Shown here one piece after another: positions 33,759 to 46,622 of a DNA stretch of 64,000 bases. The stretch lies in NCBI RefSeq assembly GCF_044647545.1, contig NZ_CP172818.1. One strand, given 5' to 3'. The notes beneath the pieces are model-generated. The model worked only from the letters and a program-made list of their open reading frames with translations. It searched no databases and was not told where the DNA came from. The position numbers were made by a program, and so were the translations under genes. Source of the stretch: Escherichia coli. Its GTDB lineage: Bacteria; Pseudomonadota; Gammaproteobacteria; Enterobacterales; Enterobacteriaceae. Within the stretch, counting starts at the first letter, position 1, and the number at the start of each line of letters is the position of its first letter.

Positions 33759-35297
33759 TCAGAACAGCCCCAACGGTTTATCCGAGTAGCTCACCAGCAG
33801 GCACTTGGTTTGCTGGTAATGCTCAAGCATCATCTTATGGGTTTCGCGTCCGATGCCCGACTGTTTGTAGCCGCCAAACGCCGCATGTGCCGGGTAAGCG
33901 TGATAACAGTTGGTCCACACGCGCCCGGCCTGAATGCCGCGCCCCATCTTATAGGCCAGATTACCGTTGCGGCTCCAGACACCCGCGCCCAGGCCATATT
34001 GCGTGTCGTTCGCCAGCTCCAGCGCCTCGTCCATCGTTTTGAAGGTGGTTACCGCCAGCACCGGACCAAAAATCTCCTCCTGGAACACGCGCATATTATT
34101 CTGACCAAACAAAATCGTCGGTTCGAGGTAGTAACCGTCTTTCAGTTCGCCTTCCAGCAGCTTGCGCCGCCCGCCGGTGAGCACGTCTGCGCCCTCTTTT
34201 TTACCAATATCAATGTAGTTGAGGATGGTTTCCAGTTGCCCGTGAGAAACCTGCGCCCCCATTTGCGTCACGCTGTCGAGCGGGTTACCGCTGCGAATGC
34301 TTTCGACACGGCGGATGGCGCGTTCCATAAAGCGTTCGTAGATAGACTCCTGCACTAAAGCACGGCTTGGACAGGTGCAAACTTCGCCCTGGTTAAAGGC
34401 AAACAGTGCAAAGCCTTCCAGCGCTTTATCGAAAAAGGCATCTTCTTCATCCATCACATCAGCAAAGAAGATATTTGGGGATTTGCCGCCCAGCTCCAGC
34501 GTCACCGGAATAATGTTTTGCGTGGCGTACTGCATAATTTGTTGGCCCACTTCCGTTGAGCCGGTAAACGCCACTTTGGCGATGCGTTTCGAGGTCGCCA
34601 GATATTCGCCAATTTCTCCGCCCGCACCGTTGACCACGTTCACCACGCCCGGCGGCAGTAAATCACCGACGATTTCCATTAGCAGCAGTACTGAGAGCGG
34701 GGTAAGACGTGCGGGTTTCAGCACCACACAGTTGCCCGCCGCCAGCGCGGGAGCCATTTTCCAGCTCGCCATCAGCAGCGGGAAGTTCCACGGAATAATC
34801 TGCCCCACCACGCCTAACGGTTCGTGGAAGTGATAAGCCACAGTTTCGCTATCCACTTCACTAATACCGCCTTCCTGCGCCCGAATACACGAGGCAAAAT
34901 AGCGAAAATGGTCAATCGCCAGCGGCACATCAGCAGCACTGGTTTCGCGAATGGGTTTGCCGTTATCCCAGGTTTCAGCGGTCGCTAACAGTTCGAGGTT
35001 CTGCTCCATCCGATCGGCAATCTTAAACAGAATCGCCGCGCGATCCTGCACCGAAGTATGCGCCCATTTATCTTTCACTTTGTGCGCAGCATCCAGCGCC
35101 AGATCGATGTCTCGTTTGCCCGAAGACGCCACTTCGCACAGCAGCTGTCCGGTCACCGGCGTCAGGTTCTGGTAATACTCGCCGTCGGCAGGGGCTACCC
35201 ATTCGCCGCCAATAAAGTTGTCGTAGCGGGCTTTTAACTTGAGGGGGAAACCATACTCGCCGGGCTTAATCTGTGCTGAAGGGGGATTATTGGTCAT
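33759..35297 (-). CDS. aldB: Aldehyde dehydrogenase B
   Basis: ORF 33759..35435; start set at [17 protein letters not shown] giving 512 aa. Confidence 0.93.
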   Translation of the reverse strand: MTNNPPSAQIKPGEYGFPLKLKARYDNFIGGEWVAPADGEYYQNLTPVTGQLLCEVASSGKRDIDLALDAAHKVKDKWAHTSVQDRAAILFKIADRMEQNLELLATAETWDNGKPIRETSAADVPLAIDHFRYFASCIRAQEGGISEVDSETVAYHFHEPLGVVGQIIPWNFPLLMASWKMAPALAAGNCVVLKPARLTPLSVLLLMEIVGDLLPPGVVNVVNGAGGEIGEYLATSKRIAKVAFTGSTEVGQQIMQYATQNIIPVTLELGGKSPNIFFADVMDEEDAFFDKALEGFALFAFNQGEVCTCPSRALVQESIYERFMERAIRRVESIRSGNPLDSVTQMGAQVSHGQLETILNYIDIGKKEGADVLTGGRRKLLEGELKDGYYLEPTILFGQNNMRVFQEEIFGPVLAVTTFKTMDEALELANDTQYGLGAGVWSRNGNLAYKMGRGIQAGRVWTNCYHAYPAHAAFGGYKQSGIGRETHKMMLEHYQQTKCLLVSYSDKPLGLF

Positions 35298-35461
35298 GAT
35301 CGTCTCCTTGCGGTGTGAGGTATAACAAGGGTAGACGTGACTGGCGAAATCTTCGCCAGTCGATAACAGCTTTACGACGGCTATCACGAATTTACGGGCA
35401 AGGGTTACAGAGATAGTTGAAAAAGCGGCTGACAACTCGCCAGCCGTTGCGGGAATGATGA

Positions 35462-36613
35462 TTACATTGCGGCGCGATAAATCGCCACAATTTCTTCGTG
35501 AGTTGCCTGGATCGGGTTAGTAAAGCCACAGGCATCTTTCAGGGCATTAGTCGCCAGTACCGCGAAATCTTCTTCTTTCACGTTCAGGTCACGCAGGCCT
35601 GCCGGGATATCCACTTTCTTCGCCAGTTCACGGATGGCGTTAATGCAGGCTTCAGCACCTTCCGCGTCGTTTTTACCAGTCACGTTCACGCCCATTGCAG
35701 CGGCACAGTCACGCAGACGTGCTGCAGCGACTTTGCTATTGAATACCTGAACGTGTGGCAGCAGAACAGCATTACATACACCGTGTGGCAGGTTGTAGAA
35801 ACCGCCCAGCTGGTGCGCCATCGCATGAACATAACCCAGAGAAGCATTATTGAACGCCATACCGGCGAGGAACTGGGCATAAGCCATTGCTTCACGCGCT
35901 TTAGCATTGCTGCCATCTTCAACGGCTAACGGCAGATTTTCGGCAATCATGGTCACCGCTTTCAGTGCGCAAGCGTCAGTGATCGGCGTGGCGGCAATAG
36001 AAACATACGCTTCGATAGCGTGCGTTAAGGCATCCATACCCGTTGCGGCGGTCAGTGACTTCGGCATACCGATCATCAGAGAGGAGTCATTGACAGAAAG
36101 CAACGGAGTTACATGTTTATCAACAATCGCCATTTTGATATGACGCGCTTCGTCAGTGATGATGCAGAAACGGGTCATTTCAGAGGCCGTACCCGCCGTG
36201 GTATTGATGGCGATCATCGGCAGCTGCGGTTTTGCAGAGCGGTCAACGCCTTCGTAATCGCGAATATCGCCGCCATTGGCTGCCACCAGCGCAATACCTT
36301 TTGCGCAGTCGTGCGGAGAACCACCGCCTAAGGAGATCACGCTATCGCAATTATTTTCTTTAAGTAATTTCAAACCTGCGGCGACGTTTTCCGTGGTGGG
36401 GTTAGGTTGGGTGCCATCATAAATAACGCTAAAAATATTGCGTTCTTCCAGTGCTTTTTGCACATCACCCGCCATACCCAATTTCGTTAACATATTGTCG
36501 GTGACAATTAAGGTACGGGTAAATCCATAATCTGCCATCATATTCATTGCATCATTCAATGAATCAGCACCAATAACATTCACGGAAGGAATAAAAAAGG
36601 TTGAAGCTGCCAT
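35462..36613 (-). CDS. yiaY: Iron-containing alcohol dehydrogenase
   Basis: 383-aa ORF with Fe-ADH motifs ([16 protein letters not shown]). Confidence 0.9.
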   Translation of the reverse strand: MAASTFFIPSVNVIGADSLNDAMNMMADYGFTRTLIVTDNMLTKLGMAGDVQKALEERNIFSVIYDGTQPNPTTENVAAGLKLLKENNCDSVISLGGGSPHDCAKGIALVAANGGDIRDYEGVDRSAKPQLPMIAINTTAGTASEMTRFCIITDEARHIKMAIVDKHVTPLLSVNDSSLMIGMPKSLTAATGMDALTHAIEAYVSIAATPITDACALKAVTMIAENLPLAVEDGSNAKAREAMAYAQFLAGMAFNNASLGYVHAMAHQLGGFYNLPHGVCNAVLLPHVQVFNSKVAAARLRDCAAAMGVNVTGKNDAEGAEACINAIRELAKKVDIPAGLRDLNVKEEDFAVLATNALKDACGFTNPIQATHEEIVAIYRAAM

Positions 36614-36803
36614 AACACACTCCTGAAAGTGTAAAAAAGGGCGGGCAGCTTACTGAGGATTTTCATTTGAAAATATGATCAACATTACCGTTTATTAAAA
36701 TATTTTTAATAAAAAGCACGTTACATTCATCAAATAACGTGCCTTCTTAACATTAATAAGAAATTTTGTATTAATTCATATTTATTATGAATTAATCATT
36801 TCC

Positions 36804-38648
36804 TTATTTTTCCGGAAATAATAATGCGTCGCGCAATAAATGATCATTTCCACGACGACGCGTAAAGCCAATGCGGTCAAAATATTCCAGAATCTGAATT
36901 GCCAGCTTTCGGCCTACGCCTAAGCGATCGCGGAAATCCGCCGCGCAGGTTGAACCACACTCCTGATCGAGATCGCGGATCATATTGGCAAACTCGACAA
37001 TCCGATCGTTACGGTAATAACGATCTTTGACGATCGCGGTAATTATTCCTTGCTGCGCCGCCTGACGTAGCGTCAGACGCATTGCCTGCTCGTCGGTTCC
37101 CGTCTCTTTTGCCAGGTCTCGCACCCACCACGGTTCGTCACCAAACAGTGGCTCTGCTTTTTGCCAGATGGCCTGCTGCTCTTCGCTGAAGCCCGCTTTG
37201 TGATCCGGCAGATGCAGCCAGCCGTGATGACTGAGGATGTCACCGCTTTCACGCATCTTTTCAATCAGCAACAGTACCAGCGCTTCATCTTCCATTGGCA
37301 ACGCCATACGTCGCAGACGTTCGCGCCCAGGACCAGGTTCATCGCGATGTTTCTCATGATAAGTCGCTAATGTGTCGAGAATTTTCCGCTGCCAGCGGGC
37401 GGCAACTGGCGCATTCAACAAGCTGTAACCAGCCTGAATATAGCCAGGCTGTTGCAGCAGTTCGCGCATCCCTTCGCCGTTGAGCTGCCGTGCCCAGGCG
37501 AAATCCGCAAGGTTAACCGCGCCGCGTTCCAGATGAACAGATAACGCATCGGCATCGCTCTGCGCCCGTGCAAGAGACGCCAGCCATTGCAGATATTCCG
37601 GCTTACGCTTACCGCGACGCGGCGGGTTAAGCATCACCACACGCGCCCCCGCCAGCGTGTTGCGGGCCGAGATATCGCGCAGCACTATGCGATCGTTATC
37701 CGCCAGCCACAGCGGCGTGTCGAACACCAGCTCGGCAAGGTTATCTTCCAGCAGCGAAACGCGTCCCGTAACGTGGCTGGCGGCGTGGTGAATATGCAGT
37801 GGCTGCCACTGGGTCAGCGGTGTATGGGTTTGAAGCTCGACTATCACCCGCGTAAACGGCTCCGGCGGCACATCGGCAAGCAGCCAGTCGCCACGGTTAA
37901 TCTGCTCTTTTTCCGCATCACCCGCGATGTTAAGCGCGATACGCTGCCCGGCATGGGCAGTTTCTGTTGGCTGATTTTGCGCATGTAGCGCACGCACGCG
38001 CATCGGTTTATTTACACCAGTCAGCCAGATTGAATCGCCTACCTTCACTTCCCCGCTTAACGCCGTACCGGTGACGACCAGCCCGGCACCTTTTACGGTA
38101 AATGCGCGGTCGATCGCGAGGCGGAAACTATGTTGGCTGGCGTGTTCACGTTCTGGTAACTGAAGCAAATGCTCGCGCAGGGCATCAATTCCCCGACCTT
38201 CGGTTGCTGCGGTGATAAACAGTTTTGCCTCAGCAAAACCGTATTCCCGCAGCACCTCCTTTACCTGGCGTTCAACCTCATCAACACGCGCTTCGTCCAC
38301 GCGATCGGCTTTGGTCAGCGCCACTGTCAGCATCGGGTTACCGGTCAGCTGCAAAATCGCCAGATGCTCACGGGTCTGTGCCATCACGCCGTCATCGCAC
38401 GCCACCACCAACAGCGCGTGATCGATACCACCAACGCCCGCCAGCATGTTGGAAAGAAACTTTTCATGACCGGGAACGTCGATAAAACCCGGAACACGAC
38501 CATCCGGCTGCGGCCAGTAGGCATAGCCGAGATCGATGGTCATGCCGCGCTTTTTTTCTTCCGGCAGACGGTCGGCATTTACGCCAGTAATCGCCTGCAA
38601 TAAGGTTGTTTTGCCGTGGTCAACGTGTCCGGCAGTCGCAATAATCAT
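36804..38648 (-). CDS. selB: Selenocysteine-specific translation elongation factor
   Basis: 614-aa ORF starting [16 protein letters not shown] (GTPase G1 motif). Confidence 0.95.
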   Translation of the reverse strand: MIIATAGHVDHGKTTLLQAITGVNADRLPEEKKRGMTIDLGYAYWPQPDGRVPGFIDVPGHEKFLSNMLAGVGGIDHALLVVACDDGVMAQTREHLAILQLTGNPMLTVALTKADRVDEARVDEVERQVKEVLREYGFAEAKLFITAATEGRGIDALREHLLQLPEREHASQHSFRLAIDRAFTVKGAGLVVTGTALSGEVKVGDSIWLTGVNKPMRVRALHAQNQPTETAHAGQRIALNIAGDAEKEQINRGDWLLADVPPEPFTRVIVELQTHTPLTQWQPLHIHHAASHVTGRVSLLEDNLAELVFDTPLWLADNDRIVLRDISARNTLAGARVVMLNPPRRGKRKPEYLQWLASLARAQSDADALSVHLERGAVNLADFAWARQLNGEGMRELLQQPGYIQAGYSLLNAPVAARWQRKILDTLATYHEKHRDEPGPGRERLRRMALPMEDEALVLLLIEKMRESGDILSHHGWLHLPDHKAGFSEEQQAIWQKAEPLFGDEPWWVRDLAKETGTDEQAMRLTLRQAAQQGIITAIVKDRYYRNDRIVEFANMIRDLDQECGSTCAADFRDRLGVGRKLAIQILEYFDRIGFTRRRGNDHLLRDALLFPEK

Positions 38649-40036
38649 TTCAACAACATCTCCAAAAACCGTTGCTCATCTTCAAGGCAGCGTAAATCCA
38701 GCCACAATCGTCCGTCATAAATACGACCAATCACCGGCACTGGCAATTCACGCCAGCGGGCGGCTAATGACTCAAGGTGGCTACCGCGTCCATCATGGGG
38801 TGTAAACGTTAATGCCGCGCTCGGCAGGCGATCAACCGGCAGCGAACCACTGCCAATCTGCGAAAGACATGGCATAACCTGTACCGCAAACTCCGCGCCG
38901 TAATGTGCGGCAAGGGGAGCCTGTAAACGTTGTGCCTGGATTTGAATGACCTCTGCGCTGCGGGTAAGCAGGCGCAGGGTCGGTAATTTTTTACTCAGAG
39001 CTTCAGGGTGTAAATAAAGACGCAACGTGGCTTCCAGCGCCGCAAGGGTCATTTTATCCGCGCGTAATGCACGCTTCAGCGGGTGGCTTTGCAGTCGGGC
39101 GATCATCTCTTTTTTACCAACAATAATTCCTGCCTGCGGCCCGCCTAACAACTTGTCGCCGGAGAAGCTCACCAGACTGACGCCCGCCGCAATCAACTCC
39201 TGCGGCATTGGCTCTTTCGGCAAACCGTACTGGCTAAGATCGACCAGCGAGCCACTGCCTAAATCAGTCACTACGGGGACATCCAGCTCTTTGCCGAGCG
39301 CCACCAGTTCCGCTTCATCTATCGCTTTGGTGAATCCCTGAATGCTGTAGTTACTGGTATGTACTTTCATCAACAGCGCGGTATTTTCATTCACCGCCTG
39401 GCGATAATCATTAGCGTGCGTGCGGTTGGTGGTCCCCACTTCGTGTAGGGTGCAGCCTGCCTGACGCATAACATCGGGAATACGAAACGCGCCGCCAATC
39501 TCCACCAGTTCGCCGCGAGAAACCACCACCTCTTTCCCGCTGGCAGTGGCCGCCAACATCAATAACACCGCCGCCGCATTGTTATTAACGATACAGGCAT
39601 CTTCCGCCCCCGTAATACGGCACAGCAGCTGCGCCAGCGCCCGATCGCGATGTCCGCGTCCGGCGTCGTCCAGATCGTACTCGAGGGTCACTGGCGAACG
39701 CATAGCCTTCGTAACGGCTTCCACCGCGGCTTCCGCCTGTAAAGCTCGCCCAAGGTTGGTATGCAGCACGGTTCCCGTCAGGTTGATTACCGGACGCAGC
39801 GCGCTTTGCGCCTCTTTCGTCAACCGGGCATCGACTTCTTGCGCCCAGTTTTCACACCACGCGGGAAGCGTCTGGCTGTCTCGAATCACTTCTCGCGCTT
39901 CGTCAAGCATCTGACGCAGCAATTCCACCACGCGGGTGTGACCATAAGTATCACGCAAAGAAAGGAAGGAGCTATCGCGCAATAAGCGATCAATAGCCGG
40001 AAGTTGACTATAGAGGGAACGCGTTTCGGTTGTCAT
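38645..40036 (-). CDS. selA: L-seryl-tRNA(Sec) selenium transferase
   Basis: 463-aa ORF; 4-nt overlap with selB. Confidence 0.95.
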   Translation of the reverse strand: MTTETRSLYSQLPAIDRLLRDSSFLSLRDTYGHTRVVELLRQMLDEAREVIRDSQTLPAWCENWAQEVDARLTKEAQSALRPVINLTGTVLHTNLGRALQAEAAVEAVTKAMRSPVTLEYDLDDAGRGHRDRALAQLLCRITGAEDACIVNNNAAAVLLMLAATASGKEVVVSRGELVEIGGAFRIPDVMRQAGCTLHEVGTTNRTHANDYRQAVNENTALLMKVHTSNYSIQGFTKAIDEAELVALGKELDVPVVTDLGSGSLVDLSQYGLPKEPMPQELIAAGVSLVSFSGDKLLGGPQAGIIVGKKEMIARLQSHPLKRALRADKMTLAALEATLRLYLHPEALSKKLPTLRLLTRSAEVIQIQAQRLQAPLAAHYGAEFAVQVMPCLSQIGSGSLPVDRLPSAALTFTPHDGRGSHLESLAARWRELPVPVIGRIYDGRLWLDLRCLEDEQRFLEMLLK

Positions 40037-40133
40037 AGGAAACCTGGCTGATCAAGGCCCTCTCACACGGAGAAGGGCGTTTAACATAACCACGGATTGT
40101 AACGTGAGATGGGTCAGGAGGACATATCGCGCA

Positions 40134-40742
40134 TCAAGCCTTTGGCGGTTCGGTGCGAGCAAAACTTTCGCGGCTAAACAGGTTTTCGACCAGTTTGACT
40201 AAGTGTGGGCGGTCGACACACCAGCCTGGCGCAACGCGGCGGAAATTGAGATATCCGACGGCACAGGCAATGGCGATAGTCGCCAGATTGACCGTATCGG
40301 TTTTGAGCGTGCCATCGACCAGATATCCTTCCAGCACATCCAGACTGCGGTTGATTTTCTCCCGCTGGCGTAACAATTCATCTTCAGACTGCTGCGCCGC
40401 CGGACGCGCCTGTTCACGCACCGATACCAGCCCGGCATCCATAATGCCATCCGCCAGTGCCTCAATTTTGCGCACTCGCAACGACTCCAGCGGATCGCGC
40501 GGCAACATCGCCGGAGCGACATTCATTAATTCAATATATTCAGCGATGATCGCCGAATCAAACCAACATTCACCCTCTTCGGTCACCAGCACCGGCACTT
40601 TCCCTAACGGGTTAAATTGCGCCACGCCGTTGTCCGCGTTATAGGGCAGTTCATTAATAAATTCGAAAGTTATGCCCTTTTCTAACAACAGAATAGAAAG
40701 TTTGCGTACAAACGGGCTGGTGTAGCTACCGACGAGTTTCAT
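40134..40742 (-). CDS. yibF: Glutathione S-transferase-like protein
   Basis: 202-aa ORF with GST fold pattern. Confidence 0.88.
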   Translation of the reverse strand: MKLVGSYTSPFVRKLSILLLEKGITFEFINELPYNADNGVAQFNPLGKVPVLVTEEGECWFDSAIIAEYIELMNVAPAMLPRDPLESLRVRKIEALADGIMDAGLVSVREQARPAAQQSEDELLRQREKINRSLDVLEGYLVDGTLKTDTVNLATIAIACAVGYLNFRRVAPGWCVDRPHLVKLVENLFSRESFARTEPPKA

Positions 40743-40970
40743 GCCGAGTCCTTTGTGCGAGGAAAAATATCAGTATGGCCTGGTGATGGGAAAAAGGGCA
40801 GAAAATGTTGATGGTTTGTTACTTCCCAATAAATCACATATTTATCATGGTGATATAAATATTTTCCTAATTGTTCTTATCTGACAGATATCTCACTTAA
40901 GGCTTTCTTATAAATCTGTAGGGTTTCGCCTGTCAGCAGACAAATAACCCGATAAAACAAGGATGAGCAG

Positions 40971-43900
40971 ATGAGCGGAAAACCGGCGGCGCGTCAGGGC
41001 GACATGACGCAGTATGGCGGTAGCATTGTCCAGGGTTCAGCCGGGGTACGTATTGGTGCCCCCACCGGCGTGGCCTGTTCGGTGTGCCCCGGCGGAGTAA
41101 CGTCCGGCCATCCGGTCAATCCGCTGCTCGGTGCAAAGGTCCTTCCCGGCGAGACAGACATCGCCCTGCCCGGCCCGCTGCCGTTCATTCTCTCCCGCAC
41201 CTACAGCAGTTACCGGACAAAAACGCCCGCGCCGGTGGGGAGCCTCGGCCCCGGCTGGAAAATGCCTGCGGATATCCGCTTACAGCTGCGCGATAACACA
41301 CTGATACTCAGTGATAACGGCGGCAGAAGCCTGTATTTTGAGCACCTGTTTCCCGGTGAGGACGGTTACAGCCGCAGCGAGTCACTCTGGCTGGTGCGCG
41401 GCGGCGTGGCGAAACTGGATGAAGGTCACCGGCTGGCCGCACTCTGGCAGGCGCTGCCGGAAGAGCTTCGCCTGAGTCCGCATCGTTATCTGGCGACGAA
41501 CAGTCCACAGGGGCCGTGGTGGGTACTCGGCTGGTGTGAGCGGGTGCCGGAGGCGGATGAGGTGCTGCCTGCGCCGCTGCCGCCGTACCGGGTACTGACC
41601 GGGCTGGTGGACCGCTTCGGGCGCACACAGACGTTCCACCGTGAGGCTGGCGGCGAATTCAGCGGCGAAATCACCGGCGTGACGGATGGCGCAGGCCGTC
41701 ACTTCCGGCTGGTACTGACCACGCAGGCGCTGCGGGCAGAAGAGGCCCGGCAGAAGGCCATTTCCGGCGGGACGGAACCGTCCGCTTTTCCTGATACCCT
41801 GCCGGACTACACGGAATATGGCCGGGACAACGGTATCCGTCTGTCTGCCGTGTGGCTGACACACGACCCTGAATACCCGGAGAATTTACCTGCCGCGCCG
41901 CTGGTGCGCTATGGCTGGACGCCACGCGGCGAACTGGCGGTGGTGTATGACCGCAGCAATACACAGGTGCGCAGCTTTACTTACGATGATAAATACCGGG
42001 GCCGGATGGTGGCGCACCGTCACACGGGCCGGCCGGAAATCCGTTACCGTTACGACAGTGACGGGCGGGTGACAGAACAGCTAAACCCGGCAGGCTTAAG
42101 CTACACGTATCAGTATGAGAAAGACCGCATCACCATCACCGACAGCCTGGACCGCCGTGAAGTCCTGCATACCGCAGGCGAAGGCGGCCTGAAGCGGGTG
42201 GTGAAAAAGGAACACGCGGACGGCAGCGTCACGCAGAGTCAGTTTGACGCGGTGGGCAGGCTTAAGACACAGACGGATGCCGCAGGCCGGACAACAGAAT
42301 ACAGCCCGGATGTGGTGACGGGCCTCATCACGCGCATCACCACGCCGGATGGCAGGGCATCGGCGTTTTACTATAACCACCACAGCCAGTTAACGTCAGC
42401 CACCGGGCCTGACGGGCTGGAAATACGCCGGGAATATGATGAATCCGGCCGTCTGATTCAGGAAACCGCCCCTGACGGCGATATCACCCGCTACCGTTAT
42501 GATAATCCACACAGTGACTTCCCCTGCGCAACGGAAGATGCCACCGGCAGCCGGAAAACCATGACGTGGAGCCGTTACGGTCAGTTGCTGAGCTTCACCG
42601 ACTGTTCCGGCTACCAGACCCGTTATGACCATGACCGCTTCGGGCAGATGACGGCGGTGCACCGCGAGGAAGGCCTGAGCCAGTGCCGCGCATACGACAG
42701 CCGTGGACAGTTAATTGCCGTGAAAGACACGCAGGGCCATGAAACGCGGTATGAATACAACATCGCCGGTGACCTGACCGCCGTCATTGCCCCGGACGGC
42801 AGCAGAAACGGGACACAGTACGATGCGTGGGGAAAGGCCATCCGTACCACGCAGGGCGGGCTGACCCGCAGTATGGAATACGATGCTGCAGGACGGGTCA
42901 TCCGCCTGACAAACGAAAACGGCAGCCACACCACCTTCCGTTACGATGTACTCGACCGGCTGATACAGGAAACCGGCTTTGACGGCCGCACACAGCGTTA
43001 CCACCACGACCTGACCGGCAAACTTATCCGCAGCGAGGATGAGGGGCTGGTCACCCACTGGCACTATGACGAAGCAGACCGCATCACGCAGCGAACGGTG
43101 AATGGTGAAACCGCAGAACAGTGGCGGTACGACGAACGCGGCTGGCTGACACAAATCAGCCATCTCAGCGAAGGGCACCGGGTGACGGTGCATTACGGGT
43201 ATGATGAGAAAGGCCGCCTGACCGGTGAGCGCCAGACGGTGCATCATCCGCAGACGGAAGCACTGCTCTGGCAGCATGAGACCAGACATGCGTACAACGC
43301 GCAGGGGCTGGCGAACCGCTGTATACCGGACAACCTGCCCGCCGTGGAATGGCTGACTTATGGCAGTGGTTACCTGGCAGGGATGAAACTCGGCGACACA
43401 CCGCTGGTGGAGTACACCCGCGACCGCCTGCACCGGGAAACGCTGCGCAGCTTCGGCCGTTATGAACTCACCACCGCTTATACCCCTGCCGGGCAGTTAC
43501 AGAGCCAGCACCTGAACAGCCTGCAGTATGACCGCGATTACACCTGGAACGACAACGGCGAACTCATTCGCATCAGCAGCCCGCGCCAGACCCGGAGTTA
43601 CAGCTACAGCGACTCCGGCAGGCTGACCGGCGTTCACACCACCGCAGCGAACCTGGATATCCGCATCCCGTATGCCACGGACCCGGCAGGTAACCGCCTG
43701 CCCGACCCGGAGCTGCACCCGGACAGCACCCTCAGCATGTGGCCGGATAACCGTATCGCCCGTGACGCGCACTATCTTTACCGGTATGACCGTCACGGCA
43801 GGCTGACGGAGAAAACCGACCTCATCCCGGAAGGGGTTATCCGCACGGATGATGAGCGGACTCACCGGTACCATTACGACAGCCGGCACCGGCTGGTGCA

Positions 43901-44750
43901 CTACACGCGGACACAATATGCAGAGCCGCTGGTCGAAAGTCGCTATCTTTACGACCCGCTGGGCCGCAGGGTGGCAAAACGGGTGTGGCGGCGTGAACGG
44001 GACCTGACGGGCTGGATGTCGCTGTCACGGAAACCGGAAGTGACCTGGTACGGCTGGGACGGCGACCGCCTGACCACGATACAGAACGACAGAACCCGCA
44101 TCCAGACGGTTTATCAGCCGGGGAGCTTCACACCACTCATCAGGGTCGAAACCGCCACCGGTGAGCAGGCGAAAACGCAGCGCCGCAGCCTGGCGGATGC
44201 GCTTCAGCAGTCCGGCGGCGAAGACGGTGGCAGTGTGGTGTTCCCGCCGGTGCTGGTGCAGATGCTCGACCGGCTGGAAAGTGAAATCCTTACTGACCGG
44301 GTGAGTGAGGAAAGCCGCCGCTGGCTGGCATCGTGCGGCCTGACGGTGGCGCAGATGCAAAACCAGATGGACCCGGTGTACACGCCGGCGCGAAAAATCC
44401 ACCTGTACCACTGCGACCATCGCGGCCTGCCGCTGGCGCTTGTCAGCACGGAAGGGGCAACAGAATGGTGCGCAGAATACGATGAGTGGGGCAACCTGCT
44501 GAATGAAGAGAACCCGCACCAGCTGCAACAGCTTATCCGCCTGCCGGGTCAGCAGTATGATGAGGAGTCCGGCCTGTATTACAACCGCCACCGCTATTAT
44601 GACCCGCTGCAGGGGCGGTATATCACTCAGGATCCGATTGGGCTGAAGGGGGGATGGAATTTTTATCAGTATCCGTTGAATCCGATATCAGACATCGAGC
44701 CCCCTGGGTTTATCTATGTGGGAGGATGCAAAATCGGGGGCATGTACTAA
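40971..44750 (+). CDS. rhsA: Rhs-family polymorphic toxin core protein: N-terminal PAAR motif, YD repeats, Rhs core; very short 12-residue tail after an EPPGF motif
   Basis: 1259-aa ORF; N-terminus [26 protein letters not shown] (PAAR); many YD/YxYD repeats; ends ...[39 protein letters not shown]. Confidence 0.92.
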   Translation: MSGKPAARQGDMTQYGGSIVQGSAGVRIGAPTGVACSVCPGGVTSGHPVNPLLGAKVLPGETDIALPGPLPFILSRTYSSYRTKTPAPVGSLGPGWKMPADIRLQLRDNTLILSDNGGRSLYFEHLFPGEDGYSRSESLWLVRGGVAKLDEGHRLAALWQALPEELRLSPHRYLATNSPQGPWWVLGWCERVPEADEVLPAPLPPYRVLTGLVDRFGRTQTFHREAGGEFSGEITGVTDGAGRHFRLVLTTQALRAEEARQKAISGGTEPSAFPDTLPDYTEYGRDNGIRLSAVWLTHDPEYPENLPAAPLVRYGWTPRGELAVVYDRSNTQVRSFTYDDKYRGRMVAHRHTGRPEIRYRYDSDGRVTEQLNPAGLSYTYQYEKDRITITDSLDRREVLHTAGEGGLKRVVKKEHADGSVTQSQFDAVGRLKTQTDAAGRTTEYSPDVVTGLITRITTPDGRASAFYYNHHSQLTSATGPDGLEIRREYDESGRLIQETAPDGDITRYRYDNPHSDFPCATEDATGSRKTMTWSRYGQLLSFTDCSGYQTRYDHDRFGQMTAVHREEGLSQCRAYDSRGQLIAVKDTQGHETRYEYNIAGDLTAVIAPDGSRNGTQYDAWGKAIRTTQGGLTRSMEYDAAGRVIRLTNENGSHTTFRYDVLDRLIQETGFDGRTQRYHHDLTGKLIRSEDEGLVTHWHYDEADRITQRTVNGETAEQWRYDERGWLTQISHLSEGHRVTVHYGYDEKGRLTGERQTVHHPQTEALLWQHETRHAYNAQGLANRCIPDNLPAVEWLTYGSGYLAGMKLGDTPLVEYTRDRLHRETLRSFGRYELTTAYTPAGQLQSQHLNSLQYDRDYTWNDNGELIRISSPRQTRSYSYSDSGRLTGVHTTAANLDIRIPYATDPAGNRLPDPELHPDSTLSMWPDNRIARDAHYLYRYDRHGRLTEKTDLIPEGVIRTDDERTHRYHYDSRHRLVHYTRTQYAEPLVESRYLYDPLGRRVAKRVWRRERDLTGWMSLSRKPEVTWYGWDGDRLTTIQNDRTRIQTVYQPGSFTPLIRVETATGEQAKTQRRSLADALQQSGGEDGGSVVFPPVLVQMLDRLESEILTDRVSEESRRWLASCGLTVAQMQNQMDPVYTPARKIHLYHCDHRGLPLALVSTEGATEWCAEYDEWGNLLNEENPHQLQQLIRLPGQQYDEESGLYYNRHRYYDPLQGRYITQDPIGLKGGWNFYQYPLNPISDIEPPGFIYVGGCKIGGMY
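44238..44686 (+). repeat. Rhs core 3'-end repeat, copy A (inside rhsA)
   Basis: About 450 bp near-identical to 46623-47069 at a constant offset of about 2384 bp. Confidence 0.9.
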
Positions 44751-45754
44751 TGGTCTTTGCGGCATATCAGCTGTGATGAGAGGTGCATAAGTTTTTCATA
44801 GACCGCATATGACGCCTTAATAACAATAAAATTAAAATATATTTTCAATAAAATCAATAGCCAAATAAAATAAATAAATAAATTTTCCCTGCACCTAGAA
44901 CGTGGAGAAAGTTAGTACATACTATGGATGCAATAGCATTGACATAATGGTGGGACGAATATTTTCACTTCGACTAATGTGGTAGATATCAGATTTGGAC
45001 GAAATATTTTAAGCAAAGATGAAAATAATTAAAATAAACAACGAATAAATACCACCCCATTAATAAACAATAGATAACCACGGGAAGGAAATAACAAACG
45101 GAAAAGGATCCGATGCCAGAGTTATCGGTAATATTAAAAAAAAAAATATAAATAAAATAAATAAATTTTATTTAGCACTCCCATTTTTTTTACACAACAT
45201 GGCCATAATAATAATTTTAAAATAATAATGACGGGAAAGAGAGAAAGAAGGTAAACTGTAAAAGGATTACAAAAATTTGGTCTACAAATACAGGTTATAG
45301 TAAAAAAATATTTTTTAGAATTTATTGTATCTTTTTTTTTTTACAACAACACAGGTCGCAGTGTAATTACAGAGATATTAAAATAATGCTCAAATTTATG
45401 AAGCAGTGAGGCAGAAGAATATACATATAAACGCTTCATTAAAACAAGTGGGTAATTTGGTTAAAAATAAACTAACATTGAATTACAATATATGTTAAAA
45501 TCAGGCAACCAAAAAGAAAAAATATAAAATATGATTAACAACAAGTCTTGTTGAAGGCACCATTCACTCAGACCAAATTGCTGGTGGGGTTTTTATTAGA
45601 AAATAGGCAAAAATGATGGGGTAATTCTGAATTTTGGCCACGGAAAATAAGTATGTAAGGATAATCAAACATCGTGTGCGCTGATGGCAGAGTAGGTGGA
45701 GGACTCCAGACAGTCAAACGATAAAAAAAGATAGCCTTTATGGAGGCTCCTGCA
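44751..45754. other. Extremely AT-rich block without ORFs of 60 aa or more between rhsA and yibA; contains A11 (45136-45146) and T11 (45332-45342) homopolymers
   Basis: Visibly low GC and low complexity; ORF track shows no ORF on either strand. Confidence 0.8.
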
Positions 45755-46597
45755 ATGTCAAATACATACCAGAAAAGAAAGGCAAGTAAAGAGTATGGTT
45801 TATATAATCAATGTAAGAAACTAAATGATGATGAATTATTTCGCTTACTTGATGATCACAATTCCTTGAAAAGGATTTCATCTGCCAGAGTATTACAGTT
45901 AAGAGGTGGGCAAGACGCTGTTAGATTGGTAATTGAGTTCTGCTCTGATAAAAATTATATCCGTAGAGATATCGGAGCATTTATACTCGGGCAAATAAAA
46001 ATTTGCAAAAAATGCGAAGATAATGTGTTTAATATTTTGAACAATATGGCATTGAATGATAAGAGCGCTTGCGTTCGAGCTACGGCAATCGAGTCAACGG
46101 CTCAGCGATGCAAGAAAAACCCAATTTATTCACCTAAAATAGTAGAACAATCTCAAATTACTGCTTTTGATAAATCGACTAATGTCAGACGTGCTACAGC
46201 ATTTGCTATTTCTGTTATCAATGATAAAGCAACAATTCCACTATTGATTAATCTGTTAAAAGATCCAAATGGAGATGTCAGAAACTGGGCCGCATTTGCA
46301 ATAAATATCAATAAATATGATAATAGTGATATTAGGGATTGTTTTGTGGAGATGCTTCAGGATAAAAATGAGGAAGTCCGTATTGAAGCAATAATCGGAC
46401 TTTCCTACAGAAAAGATAAAAGGGTTTTATCTGTTTTATGCGATGAGTTAAAAAAAAATACTGTTTATGATGATATCATTGAAGCTGCGGGTGAATTAGG
46501 TGATAAAACGCTACTTCCTGTTTTAGATACTATGTTGTACAAGTTTGATGACAATGAAATTATAACTTCCGCTATTGATAAGCTGAAGCGTTCATAG
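45755..46597 (+). CDS. yibA: HEAT-repeat protein YibA
   Basis: ORF 45740..46597; start set at MSNTYQKRKASKEYGLYNQ giving 280 aa; repeated helical-repeat pattern. Confidence 0.85.
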   Translation: MSNTYQKRKASKEYGLYNQCKKLNDDELFRLLDDHNSLKRISSARVLQLRGGQDAVRLVIEFCSDKNYIRRDIGAFILGQIKICKKCEDNVFNILNNMALNDKSACVRATAIESTAQRCKKNPIYSPKIVEQSQITAFDKSTNVRRATAFAISVINDKATIPLLINLLKDPNGDVRNWAAFAININKYDNSDIRDCFVEMLQDKNEEVRIEAIIGLSYRKDKRVLSVLCDELKKNTVYDDIIEAAGELGDKTLLPVLDTMLYKFDDNEIITSAIDKLKRS

Positions 46598-46622
46598 CGT
46601 GAGTTGCCTATGCACAGTGGGG

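Noticed and set aside
33729-34358. Plus-strand ORFs 33653..34042 and 33729..34358 overlapping aldB
   Set aside because: Antisense to aldB, a well-supported aldehyde dehydrogenase frame
36804-38648. Looked for an in-frame UGA/SECIS-like hairpin because selAB are present
   Set aside because: No gene in this window shows an interrupted frame with a downstream hairpin suggestive of selenocysteine insertion; selAB here are the machinery, not a selenoprotein
41308-44591. Many long minus-strand ORFs inside rhsA (e.g. 42711..43433, 240 aa; 44025..44591, 188 aa; 41382..41864, 160 aa)
   Set aside because: They lie antisense within the GC-rich Rhs core where stop codons are rare; compositions are Arg/Pro/Ala-rich with no recognisable domains, typical of spurious frames
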